Origin: Octopus sinensis
Lineage: Eukaryota
Direction of reading: 5' to 3'
Length of the DNA: 64,000 nucleotides
NCBI RefSeq assembly: GCF_006345805.1
Contig: NC_043025.1
Span: 10,540,001 to 10,604,000 of the forward strand
The notes under the pieces are model-generated. The model saw only the letters and a program-made list of their open reading frames with translations, did no database searches and had not been told where the DNA came from. Below are positions 1 to 12,800 of the stretch, in pieces. Every line of letters begins with the position of its first letter. Position 1 is the stretch's first letter. A program made the position numbers and the translations under genes.

Positions 1-192
1 ATACATTTGGGGTAATTGGTTTAAAAAGTTCCCAGCCCCTGCACTGAGGAGTTAATTGACAGAAGGCTCACTTTCATGTTATTAGAAAGACAAAGGGACC
101 AAATAGAAGTTGATGTGTTGCTCTGTGGTGTAAAGCATGTTTGGAAGGCTGTAAAGATGGAAGCATGTATAGAGGTTAAAAAGATATATTAC

Positions 193-316
193 CATCATGA
201 AAGTGCTCAGCTGTTTTTCTGCGAAGATCTTCAATAGTTTCTTCTGTGTCTGCCCATTCCAAGACCAGACGTCGACCGTACAAATGTGTGCTGTGACACA
301 ATGCATTGAAAGCTTT
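193..316 (-). CDS. RBM19: RBM19 exon 25
   Basis: [41 protein letters not shown]|gtaat, 124 nt; ends phase 1, so a further exon lies outside the window. Confidence 0.95.
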
Positions 317-1164
317 CTGCAAAACAAATAATAATAATAAAAATAATGATTTCAAATTTTGGCACAAGGCTGGCAAGTTCGGGGAGCGGGGTAAATCGAT
401 GACATCAACCCTAGTACTAAACTGGTACTTATTTTATCAACAGTGGCATAGGAGTGGCTGTGTGTTAAGTAGCTTGCTTACGAACCATATGGTTCCGTAT
501 TCAGTCCCACTGCATGGCACCTTGGGCAAGTGTCTTCTACTATAGCCTCGGGCCGACCGAAGCCTTGTGAGTGGATTTGGTAGATGGACACTGAAAGAAG
601 CCTGTCGTATACCCTCACCACTCCTCCTTCTTTCCTTCTCCCCCTCCTCACTCTCACCTTTCCCCTCCTCTTCTCCTCTTTCCTTTTCCCCCCTCTTCCT
701 ATCTCCTCTCTCCCCCCTCTCTACACTACACCATACGACTTAAACATCACCCTCCCCTCTCCCCACTACACCATACGACTTTACACATCACATCATATAT
801 ACATACACACGTCCAGACCTCTCATACGCACTACATACTCTCTGATACACACACACACACTCTTATGTTGGGGCGAGGTCATTTAACCCTGTTATCTCCC
901 CTAATTTCGCTCTTGCGTCTCACGTTTGATCTTTGACTTCTGGCTGAAATCAGATCGCCATGTTGATTTGCTAGCCTCTGCACGCATTTTTTTTCTCTCC
1001 TTGTTTCTTTCTGTGTTTCTTTTCCGTGCATCTTTCTGTTGAAGAGCGTAGGCTCGAAACGTAAAAGACTTGTTTTATTTATATTCCTGAGCGCCATACT
1101 AATACAATTGTTTGTTTGTATTCCACCTGCCTTCGTCTTTTGTTTATTTTCATAAAGCTTCCCG

Positions 1165-1205
<41 letters not shown>

Positions 1206-4200
1206 TATGTGTGTATGTGTCGCTAGAAGCTAGGATCACCAAGCAGAGATTGGCATATTTCGGTCATATTATGCGGAGAAAATCCCTGGAGAAGGACATC
1301 ATGATTGGAATGGTCAGTGGCAAGAGAGGAAGAGTCTGACCAAGAACCCGCTGGCTTGACACCATCAAGAGCGATACCGGAATGGACACAGCCAATCTGA
1401 AAGAAGTGGCCCAGGATAGAACTGACTGGAGGACACTGATCCAACGAGTGACCGAGAGTCGACCTCGACTGAGCGGATAGAGAGAGAGATGTGTGTATGT
1501 ATATGTTTGTGCGTCTGTGTTTGTCCCCACCAACATCGCTTGACAACAGATGTTGGTGTGTTTACGTCCCCGTAACTTAGTGGTTCAGCAAAAGAGACAG
1601 ATAGAATAAGTACTAAGCTTTTGGTATGACAACACAAACATGACTAAGTGCTTCTTATTTGAAAACGTTCAAATGGCCTTCAACTTGTTTTCCTCACTTT
1701 CTTCTTTGCCATTCTTTGTTACTATTGATTCCAAGTGAAATACATGGATATCTTTATATATAAAAGTGAGGTTGTGTGCTGTCTGTCTCCTACGATTTAG
1801 ATTCCTAACTATTCCCACATTTTGCGGTGCAGTTTAACCAAAACCGGGTATCTTATAGTCGTGATTCATATCGAGCCCTTCTGGGTCTTAGCGCATGTCT
1901 ACAATGAGTCTACGATTTAAAAAAAAATTTACCATCAATTTTTCCCATTTTTAATGCATTTTTGGCATATATAAGGGAAGTAACACTCTAAAAATTTATT
2001 AAATCTCAGAACGTAAAAAGCTACAGTAACACCCCACCCTTTGTAGTTAGCCATATTGAGATGGCTATTATACTTTACATATCTAAAATTGCTTATATAG
2101 TTATTTCCCTTACAAACCCGAGCAACACCGGGTGATACTGCTAGTATATATATAAAGTAATGTCTTTGCAAAGTCATCATTGATGACAAAGACTTTAATG
2201 GGAAAACCACTTACCTTCGCCTCTCGACGATTTACAAAGTCTACAAAAGCAAAACCTCGATGTGACCCTGTACCAGCTACCTTCTTTGGCAAACGCACAA
2301 TTTTAAGTTCCCCAAAGACACTGGAATAAAAACAAAACACACAAATATTATGTATGCTGTAGTGGCCGAGTGGTTAAGGTGTTGAAATCCAATGGATTAT
2401 ACCCGCGCAGGTTCGAATCCTGCCCGCAGCGATTTAGTTTATAGGCGCAGGAGTGGCTGTGTGGTAAGTAGCTTGCTTACGAACCACATGGTTCCGGGTT
2501 CAGTCCCACTGTGTGACATCTTGGGCAAGTGTCTTCTATAGCCTCGGGCCGCCCAAAGCCTTGTGAGTGGATTTGGTAGACGGAAACTGAAAGAAGCCCG
2601 TTGTATATATATGTGTGTGTGTTTGTATGCCTGTGTTTGTCCCCCAACATCGCTTGACAACCGATGCTGGTGTGTTTACGTCCCCGTAACTTAGCGGTTC
2701 GGCAAAAGAGACCGATAGAATAAGTACTAGGCTTACAAAGAATAAGTCCTGGGGTCGATTTGCTCGACTAAAAGGCGGTGCTCCAGCATGGTCGCAGTCA
2801 AATGACTGAAACAAGTAAAAGAATAAAAGAATATCATCATCCTCATGATCATCCTCATCACCATCTTAACATCCACTGTTCCAGGCTTGCAGGGGTCGGA
2901 GTATGTTGAGGCAGATTTTCTATGGCTGGATGTCCTTCCTGTCATCACTCCTTGCCTGTTTCCCAGCAAGGGGTGATATTCCATACACAACTGATGCTTG
3001 AAAGTGACTGAGTGAGAGGCAGTGGCAGGCAGTGGGTGCTTGGGTCTGAGGGTGACCTCTGTTCCCAGATGCTGCCATAGTTATTGTACATGCAGCTGCT
3101 CAATGTCCAAAAATCGATATTTTATTCATTTATTTTTTGCAGTCAAAACTCAAGAAAATCTGTGTGTATGTGTATCACCGTGACCAACCAGGCTATCAGA
3201 TGTTGCTACACATCGCTGGTCACAATGCGTTTTGCATTGTTTTAGCCTTCAAATGATGCCACCCTGCTGGCTAAGCGAGCAGGCCAACAGAAAAAAGAGT
3301 GAGAGAAAGTTGTGGCGAAAGATTACAGCAGGGATCGCCACCCACCCCTGCCAGAGCCTCGTGGAGCTTTTAGGTGTTTCCGCTCAATAAACACACACAA
3401 CGCTCGGTCTGGGTATTGAAACCGCGATCCTACGACCGCGAGTCTACTGCCCTAACCACTGGGTCATGGCGCCTCCACATATATATATACACACAGAGAT
3501 GTATATATTTACCTAAACAATTCTTGGATTTCTTTCTTCTTAGCCTGGAAAGGAATGTTCCGTACCAATATCTTTGTGGTTTTCTGCTTCTTCTTCACCT
3601 GCTTCTTACGGGCAACAACTTTGTCACTTCTGCAAACACAAAATTGGACAAAAATAAATAAATACATATAATATATCAATCATCATCGTCATCAACCACT
3701 ACAGTGTGGACCGGATGCATTTTACCTGGCACCAGCACCCAAGGGCCACCAAGTAACTTGCAAGATAAGACTACAAAATAAAATAAGACAATTTCCGCTT
3801 ACATTGATAACCGATTGGATATTTTCAGTTCTATTTGATGTCCATTCAGTTCCATATGTTGTAACTTTTTAATGGCTTTCTGAGCAGATTTACTTCGCTT
3901 GAATTCCACAAATCCATAACCCATCGATAATGCTTGTCCTGAAATTAAAATCAAAGGTGGTTAGATAGCTCGCTATGAAACCAGAGTACATGAAACCCAG
4001 ACTATCATTCTATCATCATCATCATCATTTAGCGTCCGCTTTCCATGCTAGCATGGGTTGGACAGTTCAACTGGGGTCTGGGAAGCCAGAAGGCTGCACC
4101 AGACCCAGTCTGATCTGGCAGTGTTTCTACGGCTGGATGCCCTTCCTAATGCCAACCACTCCGTGAGTGTAGTGGGTGCTTTTTACGTACCACTCGCACA

Positions 4201-5072
4201 GGTGCCAGACGGAGCTGGCAAACGGCCACGGACAGATGGTGCTTTTTAAATGCCAACAGCACGGGGGCCAGGCAATGCTGGCAAACGGCCACGAACGGAT
4301 GGTGCTTTTTACGTGCCACATAGCATGCAATTCATCAGGGACATGAAGGCCTGCAACATCAATATTAGCAACTGGGAGGCAGTTGCCAGCAACCGTGGAG
4401 ATTGGCGACGTACCTTAAAAGAGGGGACACAAAGGAGTGACAGAGGAGAGAGAGAGAGAGGAGAAATGGAAAGACAAGAAAAGACGTCAACAAGAAACTA
4501 TGACATTACAACCAGCCAGAAACAGTCTTCGCTACTTTTGCGGCACCTGCCAGAGGAAGGGTTTGTCCAGGATAGAACTACACAGCCACAGCAGGAGATG
4601 TATTAGGACATGAAATGTAAAAGCCGGACTAAACTATTTTATGCGCAACACCATTGTCTCCTAAGACAAAAAGTCTGCCAACAAAATATAAGGCATAGCA
4701 CCCATTCAGCCTCTCTTCCGGGGATATGACAAAGTCATGGGACTACAGCGTGGCAGATTGTGAAGCGGCAGCAGGAAAGTTCAACAGTGCTCTTTACATT
4801 GCTGTTGGGCGAAGGAATCCTAGAAGATCAATAGTCAGGATCACCAAGCTCTATCAAGGGAGTATCAAGGGGAAAGACAGAGGTGTTGTTGTAGACCTGG
4901 CTGTAGGCAGATGGAATAATGCTAAGAGAGAGGAAGTGTGTATGTGTAAACTCACCTTGGTTTTTGAGGTCTTTTTTACGTGCAACAATCACATTTCTTA
5001 TTGGCCCACAGCTTTCAAATGCCTGCAATAGTAAACAAAATATATATGTCATGTATAGATACATGCATATAT

Positions 5073-5115
<43 letters not shown>

Positions 5116-8100
5116 ATCCGCAGAGGAGTGTACCTTGGAGAAGTCCTTAATAGGGGCTGAAATTTTGGAGCATCATGATCCCAATATGGGGAATGCATAA
5201 AGTAGTTTGTAGCCAGTTGTAAAAACTGCCAATTGTCTCACCTTCCTTAAGTCATCCTCTTTGGTTTCTAAGGTCAGGTTTTTCACAAACATCACACTGT
5301 CAGGCTCCACGTCACTCTCTTCGTCTTCTGAAGATTGTTCTGCTTTCTGTTCCTGAAATAAATAAATAAATAACAATCAATGGAATTTGTAGCTGTGATA
5401 CCAGTGCCGGCGGCACGTAAGAGAACCATCCGAACGTGACCGTACCCAGTGCTGCCCTGACTGGCCTCCGTGCCGGTGGCATGTAAAGAGCACCATCCGA
5501 TCGTGGCCGTTGCCAGCTTCGACTGGTCTCCGTGCCGGTGGCAAGGTAAAAAGCACCATCCAATCGTAGCCGTTTGCCAGCTTCGTCTGGCACCTGTGCT
5601 GGTGGCATGTAAAAAGCACCCAATACACTCACGGAGTGGTTGGCGTTAGGAAGGGCATCCAGCAGTAGAAACTCTGCCAGATCAGACTGGAGCCTGGTGC
5701 AGCCTTCTGATTTCCGAGATCCCAGTTGAACCGTCCAACCCATGCTAGCATGGAAAGCGGACGGTAAACGATGATGATGAAGGAGGAAGAGGGGGACCCC
5801 CTTTGGTCATGAATGACTGTGGGATTGCACCTAGGATACTCCCCTTTGAAGCACAAGTCTGGGCAAGGTTGTTTATAAGAAGACCACCAGTTGCCCATGC
5901 ATACCAGCCTCCCCTCTGCATGGCACTGATGTTATCCAAGGGAAAGGCAAAGGGGCCGATACAGCTTGGCACCAATGACGTCACAACTCATTTCTACTGC
6001 TGAATGGAACTGGAGCAACGTGAAATAAAGTGTCTTGCTCAAGAACACAACACACAGCCCGGTCCGGGAATCAAACTCACAACCTCACAATTGTAAGCTC
6101 AATGCTCTAACCACTGAGCCACTTGCCTTCACTGAATGAAAATGAAACCAAACTGAAATACAATCATCATCATCATCATCGTTTAACGTCCGTTCTCCAT
6201 GCTAGCATGGGTTGGACGGTTCGACCGGGGATCTGGGAAGCCAGAAGGCTGCACCAGGCTCCAGGCTTATCTGGCAGTGTTTCTACAGCTGGATGCCCTT
6301 CCTAACGCCAACCACTCTGAGAGTGTAGTGGGTGCTTTTTACATGCCACCTGCACAGGTGCCAGGTGAGGCTGGCTTCGGCCACGATTCGGATGGTGCTT
6401 TTTACGTGCCACCAGTCAACATATTCTAAACCACATAAATTTTGAGGATGAATGAGCAAAAAAAGTTAAGATGGGATGGAGGTGGGGTGGAGAAGAGAGA
6501 GGGGTAGACAAACACTAACTATGTTATGAAATAGGCAAAAAATGGTATAAAGGAAATGAAATAAAGTTAATGAATATTTCAATGTGTGGCTGCAAGTGTA
6601 TGTATGTATGTAGATGTATATGTGTCTGAGTATAAATATACAGGGTGGCCCAAAAATAGGTGTGGTAAGAAGCTTGCTTCCCAACCACAAAGTTCCAGGT
6701 TCAGTCCCATTGCAGGAGACTTTGGGCAAGTGTTTTCTACCATAGTCTTTGGCTGACCAAAGCCTTGTCAGTGGATTTGGTAGATGGAAACTGAAAGAAG
6801 CCCATCGTATGTGTGTGTGTTTTGTGTCAGTGTTTTTCCCCCACCACCACTTGACAATCAGTGTTGGTGCGTTTACTGATAGAATAAGTACCAGGCTTAT
6901 AAAAAATATGTTCTGGAATTGATTCATTTGCCAAAAATTCTTCAAAACGGTGCTCCAGCATGGCTGCACTCTAATGGCTGAAATAATTAAAAGGTAGAAG
7001 TTGTAGTTAAGATACCCGTGCTGCTGACCGTTTACCAGCCTCCTCTGGCCCCTGTGCCAGTGACACGTAAAAAGCACCCACTACACTCATAGAGTGGTTG
7101 GCGTTAGGAAGGGCATCCAGCTGTAGAAACACTGCCAGATCAGACTGGAGCCTGGTGCAGCCTCCTGGCTTCCCAGACCCTGGTTGAACCGTCCAACCCA
7201 TGCTAGCATGAAAAACGGACATTAAATGATGATGATGATAATGATAAAAGATATATGTGACAAAAGAGCTAAGCGGTAATGTGTATAAATATGTGTATAA
7301 ACTTGTTACCAGCTGAAATGGGCTTCAGGCATATTTGAACCCATGAAAGTCATTCACTATGTTTTGTCATGGAGAAAATTTGTCACTGTAAACATCTGCC
7401 TACAGTGTAAGCAAACTAAGTCAGTTTGCAGTGACCCCTGACTGTCTGTTGGATCCATGCATTTTGGAGTGGTTATCTCCTCCTCAGCACCAGAAACTGG
7501 ATAGGTAGACACTGTAAACCAACGAGAGAGAGGAGAGAGACAGGAAAGAGAAAGAGAGAAAGGTTCCTCTGATGCTCGCATTTTAGAGTGGTTATCTCCT
7601 CTTCAGCACCAGAAACAGGATAGGTAGACACTGTGAACTAACGAGAGAGAGGAGAGAGACAGGAAAGAGAGAAAGGTTCCTCTGATGCTTGCATTTTAGA
7701 GTGGTTATCTCCTCTTCAGCACCAGAAACTGGATAGGTAGACACTGTGAACTAACGAGAGAGAGGAGAGAGACAGGAAAGAGAGAAAGGTTCCTCTGATG
7801 CTTGCATTTTAGAGTGGTTATCTCCTCTTCAGCACCAGAAACAGGATAGGTAGACACTGTGAACTAACGAGAGAGAGGAGAGAGACAGGAAGGAAAGAGA
7901 GAAAGGTTCTCTGATGCTTGCATTTTAGAGTGGTATCTCCTCTTCAGCACAGAAACTGGATAGGTAGACACTGTGAACCAACGTGAGAGAGGAGAGAGAC
8001 AGGAAAGAGAAAGAGAGAAAGGTTCCTCTGATGCTTGCATTTTAGAGTGGTTATCTCCTCTTCAGCACCAGAAACCACAAAAAAAAAAAAAACCAACAAA

Positions 8101-9302
8101 AACAGACTCTGTGAACTGACAAGAGACACAGATTCCTCTAACTATATTCCTGCCGCTGAATTGGTTATTGTAAATAAAATACAGAACAAAAACACTAAGC
8201 AGTGATATATATAAATACAAACTCGTTACCAGTTCAGTGAATGGGTTTCACATGGGTTCGAATATATCTCAAGCAAAAATTATAAATACTTACACTCTTT
8301 TCTTTGGGAGTTTCTTTGGCAGGGGTTGAGTCAGTGTCCTTCTTTAAAGTGGGTGCAGCATTTACAAATGTCTCTAAGGGGGCCCATTCTAGATAGAGGG
8401 GTAAATGTAGGAACTGAAATAACAAAACATAATTACATTTTGATTAGGAATTTTAAAAAAACAAAAAAAAAACATAAGAAATGGTCTAAGAGAAGGACGA
8501 GGGGTGCAAAAGAGATTGTGTGGTTCAGAAGCTCGCAGATGAGAGATTGAGGGAATTACCTTTGTATATGCCAGGTTGGTAAAGGCCTTCTTTGCTTCAC
8601 TGGGTGAGAGGAATTCAATAATGGCAGTGATTCCTGTAGGTGGGAAAATCACTCTGCCAAGAGTACCGTACTTGGAGAACACTTTGGCAAGCTCCTCAGC
8701 CTTGCAACCTGCTGGAAGATTCTTCACCAATATCACAGTTTTGCTCCGAGGACCAGATGCCTGAGAAAAGAAACAAGCAGAGGAAAAAATTTTTTAGAAA
8801 AGTAACTTCTTTGATTTGAAAGAATTCTAAATCTTATGAGCCATTAACCTTCTCTTTTCAGAAAATAATTTACAAATCTGCATCTATACATTTATATTTA
8901 CTATATTTCAATCAGTTTGATCAGATATCTTATTCCCGGATGTGTACATAGAACCAGACCGGATCACAACTAGTCATCTTTACACTATGTTTCAATCAAT
9001 TTGATCTGTGATAATCAGGGTCTTATTCCTGAATGTCTACATAGAACCAGATTTGATTAAAACTCATCTTTTTTCAGTGAAGTTTTACAATACTTCCATC
9101 TACACAATGTTTCAATCAGTCTGATCTGTGATAGTCATCAGGTGTTTTATTCCTAGATGTGTACATAGAACCAGACTAGATTAGACCGGTCCAGTTGCCA
9201 ACAGGCAGCACCAGTTTATATGATTACCAATAACAAACCTTTTAGTGATCTGACCTAACATTTCTTTATTAATATTGTTGTTGTTGTTGCTGCTGCTGCT
9301 CC

Positions 9303-9335
<33 letters not shown>

Positions 9336-9813
9336 GCCCCACTTTTGACCAGGTTCCCGTAGCTTTTATGGGTTTTTCCACGAGTAACCTTTCGAAGTGC
9401 CTCCCCCTTTTGGGAATTTCAATTGTTGTACAATTTCGTTGTTATCTTTAATGTTTTCTTGAATTTTTACACGGACTTTTTTCTATCGGACAAAACCCTT
9501 TGTAACTTTCGTCCTGAGTTTTGTCCCTTTATGTTATAATTGGTTTTTCTAAGCCCTTGTGGCCAATAAACGAATTAATTATTATTATTATTATTATTAT
9601 TCAGTAGTTTTTATTTTTATAGCATGCTTTCACTTCACTACCAAGCGCAGCTCTGTGTGCCTTGGGTATGTGCTGTGATTTGTTGTGATGCTCTGATGGT
9701 TATTGTATGGAAAGTGTTCTGCGTAGGATGTGTGCAGTGCCTAGTAGTGCAATTTTCTGTATGTTATATGTGTTTGTAAGTCCTGGTGTTTTTGTTATGT
9801 GTTGTTGTTGTTA

Positions 9814-9848
<35 letters not shown>

Positions 9849-12800
9849 TAGATGGTGAACTGGGCAAAATGCTTTGCAACCTTTCATCCATCTTTACGTT
9901 CTGAATTCAAATTCTCCTGAGGTCGGCTTTGCTTTTCATTATTTCCGGGTTGATGCAATCAACTTACCCAATCTCCTGAACTTGCGTGCCTTGTGCAAAA
10001 ATTTGAAACCAGCATAGGGATTACTCAAAGACAAACTTACCTGACTGAAACTATCCAAAGAGACACCATTCTCTAACAGGAATTCTCTCGTCTCTGTTAC
10101 AATCTGTGTTTCACCCAATGCCATCCGAACTCCAAGACTGTCATTTGTCTCCTAAAGTAATAAATAAAAAACAAAAAAACTTTGAAAATGTAGGAATATT
10201 ACAAAATTTTAACAGCTTCTAAGTTTCGTCTGCAAACACATCTCCATCATAATCATTACTTTTATGTCTACGTTTTTCATGCCTGCACAGTTGGATGGTG
10301 CTTATTGAAATAGATTTTCTACGGCTGGATACCCTTCTTGTCACCAACCTTCACCTATTTCCAAGCACGGTAATATTTCCCCCAGGCCAGACATGTTTTT
10401 GCAGAGCATTGGAAATGAATGATATTGCTTGTATGACAGTGACAATCATTCTATAACCATCCTGCGATTCCAAGACATGGAGGCACAAAACAAACACACA
10501 CACCATCATCATCATTGTTTAATGTCCACCTTCCATGCTAACATGGGTGGAACGGCTTCACACGAGCTGGTTAGGCCAAAGCCTGCACCAGGCATCATAC
10601 ACACACACACAAATGTATATAAAATGGTCATGAATGACCATGAGATTGCACCTAGAAAGTTACCCTCTGAGGCACCAGTACGGGCAAGATTGTTTATGGA
10701 AGACCAGCAGTCACCCACATGGCCACAGCTCATAAGCTGAAACTGGAAAAATCAAAAATCAAAATCAAAATCATACCAGCCTCCTCTCCCTATGCCATTG
10801 ATGTTGTCCAAGAGAGAAGCAAAGGCCGATACAATTTGGCACCAGTGATGTTGCAACTCATTTCTACAGCTGAGTGAACTGGAGCAACATGAAATAAAGA
10901 ATGCAACATATAGCCCAGTCCAGGAATTGAACTCCCTACCTCATGATTGTGAGTCCAATGCTCTAACCACTGAGCCATGCGCCTTCAGAATACATATATA
11001 TTATATAAAAATACATACATATAAATATGCATACATATACATATAAATTGAATATATATATATATACATATAAATTATATATATATGTGTGTGTGTGTAT
11101 GTGTGTGTGTGTGTGATGGGCTTCCACATAGTTTCTGAATCCCAAATTCATTCACAAGGAACTGATCTCAGCCCGGGGTTACAGAAGCCACTTGCCCAGA
11201 TGCCGTACAGTGGGACTGAACCTGAAACCACATGGTTGCAAAGCAAGCTTCTTAACCATGTATATGTATGTGTGTGTGTATCATCATCATCATCATCGTT
11301 TAACGTCCGTTCTCCATGCTAGCATGGGTTGGACGGTTCGACCGGGGATCTGGGAAGCCAGAAGGCTGCACCAGGCTCCAGTCTTATCTGGCAATGTTTC
11401 TACAGCTGGATGCCCTTCCTAACGCCAACCACTCCGTGAGTGTAGTGGGTGCTTTTTACGTGCCACCTGCACAGGTGCTAGGCGAAGCTGGCAACGGCCA
11501 CGGTCGGATTGGTGTATTTTATGTGCCACTGGCACGGAAGCCAGTCGAGGCGGCGCTGGAAATTTACAGAAAAACAGAAAATGAAGACAGGTGTATAAAC
11601 AACAAACAGGTGTATTAGTTTAATGGTCAGGAAGGTGAAAAAGTCTTTTATGTTTCGAGCCTAGGCTCTTCAGCAGAAAGGAACACAAGGAAATAAACAG
11701 ACAGAGAATGAAAAAACTTTTGTTTGTTTGTATACATATATGTGTGTATGTATGTGTATGCATGTATGTATGTATGTATGTATATGTGTTGGGATATAAA
11801 AGAATTGACTTACAAAATCCAAAAGTTCTGTTTTTTTGATGCCATATTTCTCTGTTAAGACGTCTGCAACAGCATTGCTGCCGAGGAATAGACTGTTCCA
11901 GTTGTGAGAACTGAAAATACATACAAGAAGACAAGAGAGCAACAATGAGATGAAACTGTTCCTGGGGTTATTTTAGTAATTTTAAGAAGAAGAACAACAA
12001 CAATGATGATAAGGAGGAGGAGGAGGAAAAGAAGAAAAAGACTGTCTTAATTATCATCATCATCACCTCGACTGGCTTCTGTGCCGGTGGCACATAAAAA
12101 GCACCATCCGAACGTGGCCAATGCCAGCGCCGCCCCGACTGGCTTCTGTGCCGGTGGCACATAAAAAGCACCATCCGAACGTGGCCGTTGCCAGCACCGC
12201 CTTAGCTGGCTTCTGTGCCGGTGGCACATTAAAAGCTCCAACCGATCGTGGGTGATGCCGGACCCCCCTGGCACCTGTGCAGGTGGCACGTAAAAAGCAC
12301 CCACTACACTCGCGGAGTGGTTGGCATTAGGAAGGGAATCCAGCTGTAGAAACTCTGCCAGATCAGACTGGAGCCTGGTGCAGCCTCCTGGATTCCCAGA
12401 CCCCGGTCGAACCGTCCAACCCGTGCTAGCGCGGAAAACGGACGTTAAACGATGATGATGATCATCATCATCATCATCATCATGAACAGCAACAACAGTG
12501 CAGGTGCAATGGCCCAGTGGTTAGGGCAGCGGACTCATGGTTGGAGGATCGCGATTTTGATTCCCAGACCGGGTGTTGTGTGTGTTTATTGAGTGAAAAC
12601 ACCTAAAGCTCCACAAGGCTCTGGTAGGGGGTGGTGGCGACCCCTGTTGTACTCTTTCGCTCCAACTTTCTCTCACTCTTTCTTCCTGTTTCTTGTCCCT
12701 GACTTCCTACGCAACCGCTGAGCCTGGATGCGCATCCATCCATCCGTTCGTCGATGCTCTCGGTGTCGGGGGTTGACCTGCTTTCTCTTCTGCGGGTCTT

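Noticed and set aside
7459-8075. Tandem units as mutually exclusive RBM19 exons
   Set aside because: From the candidate acceptors the required phase-0 frame hits TAA, no good donor follows, and exons 19 and 20 already join in frame.
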